IMG/VR virus record: IMGVR_UViG_3300031857_000071 | Span: 18,271 to 82,270 of that record | Reading direction: 5' to 3' (one strand) | Source: a virus | Taxonomy: Duplodnaviria; Heunggongvirae; Uroviricota; Caudoviricetes | DNA length: 64,000 nucleotides | Part shown: positions 58,073-64,000 of the stretch, piece after piece | Layout of the letters: the number at the start of each line of letters is the position of its first letter | Position numbering within the stretch: the stretch's first letter is position 1 | Translations under genes and position numbers: made by a program | Notes under the pieces: model-generated | Databases searched by the model: none | Told to the model about the DNA's origin: nothing | Seen by the model: the letters and a program-made list of their open reading frames with translations, nothing else

Positions 58073-58469
58073 GTGCGAAACCGTTTGTTATTAACATTTG
58101 TCTTAAACTTTTACCATCGAGTATAACATCACCCAATACACGACCACCATACTTGTCCCAATCCATCAAAATGATTTGACGTTTTTGTGCCGCATTGATT
58201 TGCGCTTTGGTAAATGCAGTTGCCGCTTGGCCACGTGCATCTTCACTTGGGCATTTTGCACGATGACCCTTCTCAGGTGTATCAACACCGAAAACACGTA
58301 CACTGAGTTCCTTTTTCAAAGGATCGGGCAACCAGTTTGCTTGGAATGCTACTGTATCACCATCCACAACTCTTGTCAATACCGCATCATAAATTACACC
58401 ACTTTTTTCTTTTTGAGCAAATGCTGGTACTATACAAAGTGCTAGTATTATTGTTATTATTTTTTTCAT
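58035..58469 (-). CDS. Secreted staphylococcal-nuclease (SNase)-like thermonuclease
   Basis: Signal peptide, then VRVFGVDTPEKGH and YGGRVLGDV motifs. Confidence 0.6.
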   Translation of the reverse strand: MKKIITIILALCIVPAFAQKEKSGVIYDAVLTRVVDGDTVAFQANWLPDPLKKELSVRVFGVDTPEKGHRAKCPSEDARGQAATAFTKAQINAAQKRQIILMDWDKYGGRVLGDVILDGKSLRQMLITNGFAREYYGEAKTSWC

Positions 58470-59104
58470 TTTTCTTTTCTTTCGTACATATAAGTGTCTG
58501 TATCACCGAGAGACCACTTAGCTTCAGTTTCAACAGACCATCTTTTGGTTGATACTTTAAAATCCGGATATTTTAATTCTCTAGGATTACTAGAGGGTTC
58601 AAACACAATCATTCTATTATTCGGTTGACATGCAAATTGTCCATTATCACATTTAATAAAATTATATGATTTGTGGTCCTCAACATCCTCAGAGAAGCCA
58701 GTATCTATAGTATTAAAATCTGAATGTGCAGAATCTACAGTAAACATATATTCACCATACATCCAACCACCATTTTTCAATTTAAATTTGCATTTCATGG
58801 ATTGAAGTTGGGCTTTCTTCAATACTGTAATGTCGTAACTTAAACTGTCCCACAGTTGTAGATAATCTAAGGGTAATGGTTCACCTTCAATTGGTTTCCA
58901 ACAGTATGCACTGATCGGTAACTTATCATAAAGCGCACCATATTCATTCAAATAAGATTCGATCCTAAAGGCTTGTCCCCTCAGAGATTTAATACTTATC
59001 CACCAACAAGGAACGAATTCACCGAATCCTTCTTCGAAATCATAAAGAAACTCTTTACGAATGAAACATTTAACAGCAGGTAAATTTGCAATTATGTGTG
59101 ACAT
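58466..59104 (-). CDS. Hypothetical protein
   Basis: 212-aa ORF. Confidence 0.3.
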   Translation of the reverse strand: MSHIIANLPAVKCFIRKEFLYDFEEGFGEFVPCWWISIKSLRGQAFRIESYLNEYGALYDKLPISAYCWKPIEGEPLPLDYLQLWDSLSYDITVLKKAQLQSMKCKFKLKNGGWMYGEYMFTVDSAHSDFNTIDTGFSEDVEDHKSYNFIKCDNGQFACQPNNRMIVFEPSSNPRELKYPDFKVSTKRWSVETEAKWSLGDTDTYMYERKEK

Positions 59105-59721
59105 GTTTTTCCAGACGCTAATACAATTTTACAGATATGTTCAAGGCGTTCAATGTGTTCATAAGCACGCCATGGACTTGTATCAATAGCAACAACACCA
59201 TGACCCTTAATTCCTACAATATCATAAGCAATGTTACCATAGTCATCCAATTTTAGATTTTCAAAGCATTGATCTGCCAACTCTTGACTAATAGGAGGAA
59301 CATCTCCTACGTTAGGAGCAACTTTGGTGTAGCGATTAAGTTCCGGGAACGCATCACTAATTGTGCTGAGGTCAATACCGGCGTGCATTGCCGCAATACA
59401 GTATGTTGGGTGTACGTGTACTACTACTCGCACATCATTGCTGTGTTGACCCATGCATCTTTGTAATCCAAAGTGTAATGGTATTTCTCCACTAGGCTTC
59501 AGTTTAGCACTGATATCGGAGTAATGTTCTTCTTGCCACAGCAAACCATGTATGCTAATTTTTTTAAACTGATCCGGTTGTAGCGTCTGTTTACGAACGC
59601 CACTTGGTGTAATATAGAAATGGTCACGGTCGTGATGGCGAATACTTACATTTCCATCACGACTTGTAATCCAATTTCGTTTGTATGCATCCACCATAAT
59701 ATCACATATAGTTTCTAGCAT
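59092..59721 (-). CDS. Class II aldolase/adducin-family protein (FucA/MtnB/AraD-like)
   Basis: RDGNVSIRH ... ITPSG ... GEIPLHFG ... VVHVHPTY (HxH zinc ligands). Confidence 0.55.
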   Translation of the reverse strand: MLETICDIMVDAYKRNWITSRDGNVSIRHHDRDHFYITPSGVRKQTLQPDQFKKISIHGLLWQEEHYSDISAKLKPSGEIPLHFGLQRCMGQHSNDVRVVVHVHPTYCIAAMHAGIDLSTISDAFPELNRYTKVAPNVGDVPPISQELADQCFENLKLDDYGNIAYDIVGIKGHGVVAIDTSPWRAYEHIERLEHICKIVLASGKTCHT

Positions 59722-59726
59722 ACAAT

Positions 59727-61538
59727 TTAACCCTCGCAGGCGATACAGTCATTACCTTCTGCAATTGCAGTCATGTCAATTTCTTTGATTACGTCACGTT
59801 CAATTCTCTTGGAGACTTTATCAGCCTTTGCCAATTTTTCTGAACGGCAGTAATAAAGGGTTTTCACACCTTTTTTCCATGCTAAGAAGTGAATGGCATG
59901 GATGTATTTGATGTGGGAATCTGGACGGAAGAACACGTTTAAAGATTGTGCTTGGTCAATATAAACTTGACGGTCTGCCGCATGTTCAATCACCCAACGT
60001 TGGTCAATTTCCATGGAAGTTTTGAAAACTTCTTTAGTGTTCTCATCCATCCAGTCTAGGTGTTGTACAGAACCATCATTAGCAATAATAGAAGACCAAA
60101 TTTGCTGATATTCATCTTCACCTTTTGGTGTCAATGCTGAATCATTTGGATCCAAATATTTCATGATGACTTTATCAAGCCAACGGTTCTTATTTAAAAA
60201 TGCGCCCGATAGAGTGTCCTGACGGTAAGCGTTAGCACGATAAGGCTCAATGCTAGGGCTAGTATTTCCCATAATGATAGACGAAGAAGCATTTGGAGCA
60301 ATAGCCATAACATGACTGAAACGCTTGCCAGTGCCCACGGCATCGGGTGCTTCACCACGTTCAGTGCCGAGTTGAAGATTCGCCTCATCTAGTTTCTCCC
60401 TAATGTTTTTAAAAATCTTATTGTTTAATACTTTTGCCATTACTCCTTCGAACGCAACGTTGTTTTTCTGTAGAAATGCGTGAAAGCCCAAAGCACCAAC
60501 ACCGATGCTCCGCTCACGGCTAGCACTGTATCTCGCTCTTGATATGCTATCAGGAGCATTATTAATGAAGAACTGCAAGACGTTATCGAGCATCTCAGCC
60601 ACGTCCCGAAGAAAAGTTGGGTGATCTTTCCAATCATCATAATACTCCAAATTTACAGAAGATAAACAACAAACGGCAGTGCGTTCTTCATTTGTAGGAA
60701 GAATGATTTCAGAACAAAGATTTGATTGGTGTACTTTCAGACCTTTGTCTTTTAGCCATTGTGGTAATGCACGGTTCGAGGTATCGATGTAATGAATATA
60801 TGGTTCACCCGTGTGCATACGTAGTTCAAGAATTTGTTGCCATAGGTGTTTAGCTGAAACAGTTTCACGCACTTCACCTGAGTGTGGATCAACAAGTTTC
60901 CAATCATCGTTTGCGGTAGGATCAACCATACACTTCTCAATGATTTGCATGAAATCATCAGTGATGTTAATTCCATGGTGTAGATTTAAACAACGGACGT
61001 TTGGATCACCCGTTGGCTTCCGCATCTCTAGAAAGGGAATAAGGTCAGGATGACTAATATCAAGGTAGGCAGCATAAGAGCCACGGCGAGTGCGTCCTTG
61101 ACGATACGCAAGACTAGAGGCATCGTAAATTTTGAGGTGAGGCATAACGCCAGTACTCTTATCATCCGCAGAGCGTATCCCAAAGCCGATGCCAACACCG
61201 CCACCAAACATAGACAGCCAATTAGTTTCAGAAAGATTATCAACTAGACCCTCCGCAGTATCTTCAACATAGTTAAGAAAGCATGAAATAGGTAGCCCAC
61301 GCTTAGAACGGCCGTAAGAAAGAATTGGAGTGCTATAGCTAAGCCAATGATTAGAGGCGTAATTATACAAACGCTGAGAATGCTCCGGATTAGAACCAAA
61401 AGATGATGATACATATGCAAACCTTTGTTGTGGTGATGTTTCATCATCACGCATATACGACTCTTTCAATCGCTTTATACCCAATTCATCAAATAGCTTA
61501 TCTTTCTCCAAGTCTATTTTGATACCCATATATTCCAT
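59727..61538 (-). CDS. nrdA: Ribonucleotide reductase class I alpha subunit, compact form without an ATP-cone
   Basis: Active-site SCFLN, glycyl-radical-free class I pattern, C-terminal CIACEG redox tail; 603 aa. Confidence 0.8.
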   Translation of the reverse strand: MEYMGIKIDLEKDKLFDELGIKRLKESYMRDDETSPQQRFAYVSSSFGSNPEHSQRLYNYASNHWLSYSTPILSYGRSKRGLPISCFLNYVEDTAEGLVDNLSETNWLSMFGGGVGIGFGIRSADDKSTGVMPHLKIYDASSLAYRQGRTRRGSYAAYLDISHPDLIPFLEMRKPTGDPNVRCLNLHHGINITDDFMQIIEKCMVDPTANDDWKLVDPHSGEVRETVSAKHLWQQILELRMHTGEPYIHYIDTSNRALPQWLKDKGLKVHQSNLCSEIILPTNEERTAVCCLSSVNLEYYDDWKDHPTFLRDVAEMLDNVLQFFINNAPDSISRARYSASRERSIGVGALGFHAFLQKNNVAFEGVMAKVLNNKIFKNIREKLDEANLQLGTERGEAPDAVGTGKRFSHVMAIAPNASSSIIMGNTSPSIEPYRANAYRQDTLSGAFLNKNRWLDKVIMKYLDPNDSALTPKGEDEYQQIWSSIIANDGSVQHLDWMDENTKEVFKTSMEIDQRWVIEHAADRQVYIDQAQSLNVFFRPDSHIKYIHAIHFLAWKKGVKTLYYCRSEKLAKADKVSKRIERDVIKEIDMTAIAEGNDCIACEG

Positions 61539-61542
61539 ATTT

Positions 61543-61902
61543 TTACCCTTTTATAATTGCTTTAATGTTAGGTGGTGTCCAGCCTTCTGGCTTCAACACT
61601 TTGCCGTCTTCACGTTTGATAACTTTTCCATTCGAGGAGATTTTACTTAGGTTACTTCTGGCCACTTCATCCCATACTTCTTGTTGTGGAATCTGTAGCG
61701 TGTGTTCAAGACCTTCAATAACCCACTTGAGATCCGCACACGCATCAGCAATTTCGATATTGTCTCTATTGCCAAATGCAACCATCAATTCTTTAAATTC
61801 TTCAATAATTAAATCGATGTACAATTCGGATTGTTTACCATAGTCGGTCTCTTTTTGGTCACATGCGTCCATGAAAATTTTTACATCATTTTTGGTGTCC
61901 AT
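61543..61902 (-). CDS. mazG: MazG-like nucleoside triphosphate pyrophosphohydrolase
   Basis: EEFKELMVA and EIADACADLKW helices; 119 aa. Confidence 0.55.
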   Translation of the reverse strand: MDTKNDVKIFMDACDQKETDYGKQSELYIDLIIEEFKELMVAFGNRDNIEIADACADLKWVIEGLEHTLQIPQQEVWDEVARSNLSKISSNGKVIKREDGKVLKPEGWTPPNIKAIIKG

Positions 61903-61912
61903 TTTTTCTTCC

Positions 61913-62929
61913 TTAGTTCCATGTTTTTAGCCAAGTATCATTTTCAACATAGTGTTTAACTACTTGTTTTAGTTTTTCATCAATTTCAGTTTCATCAACC
62001 CAACCAAGTTCTTTCATTCTTTCACCACACACTGAATAGCGGTTGTCATGTCCAGGCCTAACTGAATGTGAGTTGGTCAATTCATATTTTAACTCTTTAC
62101 CAAGTATGTTGGCAATCTTCTTTGCCATTTCCAAATTATCAATCTCATGCTGTGCCGTAATGTTGTATTTTGGGCAAGTAATACCTGTATCATCGCTAGA
62201 AGTTAGTTCGGAATTTACCAAGAAAATTAATGCTTTACCAACTTCACTTGCGTAGATGTATTTTCTGCTTCCAGGTTTGCCATTTTTATCAGTATGAATA
62301 ATTAATGTTTCATCATTCAGAATTTTCCTAATACACAATGGAATAAATTTTTCAGGATGTTGCCTCTCACCAAAAACATTCATTGTATGTGTGATACACA
62401 TCGGCAAATTGTATGTGTTGTTGAAGGCTATACACAATTCTTCTCCACCAGCCTTTGTTGCACTATATGGATTTCTAGCATTGTATCTAGAGTATTCATT
62501 AAATGTAATTTCAGATTTTGCTGGACCAAATACCTCATCGGTGCTGAAATAGAAAAACTTCTTTAGATTTTTTTGTGTTCTCGCAAAATTTAAAATATTG
62601 CATGTACCCACAACATTATCTAGAACAAAATTCATTGGGTTATCAATACTTCTATCAACGTGACTGCTGGCCGCAATATGGAAGATGTAATCAACTTCAC
62701 CCAACTGTTTATTCAGTAATGGTCCTATTTCAGACCTTAGGTCATGGTGAATTATTTTGATTCTATGATTTTCAGGATTATCTTTAACAATATCATAAAG
62801 TCGATTCAAATTTCCGGTGAAATTGAGTCTCTCAAGAGTGATAATTTCCCAGTCAGTTTTATCCAAAATTTCTTTGACGAAATGATGTGCAATAAAGCCT
62901 GTAGCACCAGTAATCAATACTTTATTCAC
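61913..62929 (-). CDS. NAD-dependent sugar-nucleotide 4,6-dehydratase/epimerase (RmlB-like dTDP-glucose 4,6-dehydratase)
   Basis: GATGFIAHH Rossmann motif; catalytic YSATK (YxxxK). Confidence 0.65.
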   Translation of the reverse strand: MNKVLITGATGFIAHHFVKEILDKTDWEIITLERLNFTGNLNRLYDIVKDNPENHRIKIIHHDLRSEIGPLLNKQLGEVDYIFHIAASSHVDRSIDNPMNFVLDNVVGTCNILNFARTQKNLKKFFYFSTDEVFGPAKSEITFNEYSRYNARNPYSATKAGGEELCIAFNNTYNLPMCITHTMNVFGERQHPEKFIPLCIRKILNDETLIIHTDKNGKPGSRKYIYASEVGKALIFLVNSELTSSDDTGITCPKYNITAQHEIDNLEMAKKIANILGKELKYELTNSHSVRPGHDNRYSVCGERMKELGWVDETEIDEKLKQVVKHYVENDTWLKTWN

Positions 62930-63596
62930 TGATGTATTCCTTAATCATTGGGAAAATTGGTTGAATCGCATCTGCACATGCTAGTGCAATATCACGATGT
63001 TCTTTTTGTGTTCCGTTATCGGATCGGAGTTGTATGTAGTGGACCCAGGAACGGAGAGTTCCGTTCATGTACATGCGGGATTTTGTGTTACCCTCTGGTA
63101 ATACGGCACGTGCTTGTTCCTTTGCAATGCCTTTATCTAAAGCCCATGTGTAAACATCTTTTGTGCGCTTCAACAAATCGTTTTGTAGATTTTCCCATTG
63201 ATATGCAAGCTGGCGCTGTTCGTCTGTAGTCAAATCCATTTCAATTGAATTTTGACGATTCTTCGTGTCTTGCAATCTTGCATCACGGAGTTCAAATCCC
63301 AGATCATCTGCACGTGCATATCGCTGTGAGAATTCTTGAAAGGAGAATGAACGATGGCGGAGAATCTGCCTTGCAATGTCACGGGTAGTATCAATCTGCA
63401 AACACACGGAGACCATCTCCAATGGAGACCAATGCTGGTGCTTAATTAGATAACGCACCAACTTTTCCGCAGTTTCGGTGTTGTTTTGGTTTGATGGATT
63501 GGAAACACGTGCGGCAAATGCCACCTGCTCCAACAAATTCATGCCATCGGGACTTTGTGAATAATTAATTAATTTAACGTTCATACTTTCTTCCAT
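62922..63596 (-). CDS. thyX: Flavin-dependent thymidylate synthase ThyX
   Basis: ThyX signature RHRSFSFQEFSQRY (RHR-x7-S). Confidence 0.85.
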   Translation of the reverse strand: MEESMNVKLINYSQSPDGMNLLEQVAFAARVSNPSNQNNTETAEKLVRYLIKHQHWSPLEMVSVCLQIDTTRDIARQILRHRSFSFQEFSQRYARADDLGFELRDARLQDTKNRQNSIEMDLTTDEQRQLAYQWENLQNDLLKRTKDVYTWALDKGIAKEQARAVLPEGNTKSRMYMNGTLRSWVHYIQLRSDNGTQKEHRDIALACADAIQPIFPMIKEYISE

Positions 63597-64000
63597 TGAA
63601 TAAATTCCATCTTTGCTCTCAAATTCACAAAGGTGTTTTTGTTAATAATATCAACAATCTCATCACTGGTAAAACCAGATAGAATCATATCATTAATATC
63701 TTTCTCTTGCATCATCTCCGGCCAAATACAAATTGCAAAATGATTTTCAATCGCCTTGTCCATTAATTTACATATGTCTTTGTTTCTTGGTTCATTATCA
63801 AATACCAGAGTCAATTTGTCCCTTGGTATATAATTGACTGCGTTTGCTAAGTTAGCATCGGCAGTAGCAACGGCATTAGGAAGAAAAAGTGAATCAATCG
63901 GACCTTCAGTAACATAAATTTTTTCTTCTAAATTTACTCTGTCAAGTCCGAAAATCTTAATACTTTCTTCGGCTAATTTAATTGTGATGTAGCGTATCTT
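63581..64000 (-). CDS. DNA primase, C-terminal TOPRIM portion. The 5' part of the gene lies beyond the window end.
   Basis: Continuous minus-strand frame to the window edge: ...YVTEGPIDSLFLPNAVA ... LTLVFDNEPRN (TOPRIM E and DxD/E motifs). The track ORF starts at an internal TTG. Confidence 0.45.
   Translation of the reverse strand, partial: KIRYITIKLAEESIKIFGLDRVNLEEKIYVTEGPIDSLFLPNAVATADANLANAVNYIPRDKLTLVFDNEPRNKDICKLMDKAIENHFAICIWPEMMQEKDINDMILSGFTSDEIVDIINKNTFVNLRAKMEFIQWKKV

Noticed and set aside
59727-61538. Group I intron or intein in nrdA, nrdB or thyX, as in T4 and some cyanophages
   Set aside because: The ORFs are continuous with all catalytic motifs colinear. No unexplained gaps or inserted segments.
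61543-61902. The second MazG-like gene as a duplicate annotation error of 25629-25901
   Set aside because: The two proteins are clearly different in sequence and length; both keep the EE-type helix. Kept as separate genes.

Overview
The gene content of this window indicates a T4-like myovirus. It is AT-rich (about 35-38% GC by eye), almost every gene is on the minus strand, and neighbouring genes often overlap by a few bases (ATGA/TAATG junctions).

Recognisable T4-type core genes:
- gp32 ssDNA-binding protein (13722-14603)
- gp59 helicase loader (15166-15774)
- RNase H (53631-54482)
- the C-terminal TOPRIM part of a primase, cut by the window end (63581-64000)
- a baseplate/tail-tube module at 1-13.7 kb: a gp5-like hub protein split into an OB-fold ORF and a beta-helix spike ORF, two gp19-fold proteins, and two tandem paralogous virion proteins, one with a lysozyme-like domain

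Auxiliary genes of the kind seen in marine cyanomyoviruses and pelagimyoviruses:
- phoH, a cobS-like MoxR ATPase and a VWA/cobT-like protein
- four or five 2OG-Fe(II) oxygenases and two MazG-like proteins
- nrdA, nrdB, a thioredoxin and thyX
- an RmlB-like sugar-nucleotide dehydratase, GT25 and GT4 glycosyltransferases, methyltransferases
- an SPFH/prohibitin lipoprotein, a SleB-like cell-wall hydrolase and a class II aldolase

The most notable non-coding feature is a circularly permuted (two-piece) tmRNA gene on the minus strand at about 16775-17079. It sits between the SleB-like gene and a methyltransferase, has its own consensus sigma70-type promoter and encodes the tag ANDEKFALAA.

A second striking feature is a roughly 5 kb island (about 43.0-47.8 kb) that is visibly GC-richer, above 50% by eye. 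It holds small genes, each preceded by a copy of a repeated about 55-bp cassette: inverted repeat TTGACC-N5-GGTCAA followed by the early promoter TTGCCA-N17-TATAAT. This is the PeSL-type promoter plus stem-loop architecture. Next to the island is a transcribed 550-bp non-coding region carrying two tandem perfect DnaA boxes and short iterons.

All functional calls come from motifs I can see in the translations and from memory of protein families. No database search was possible.
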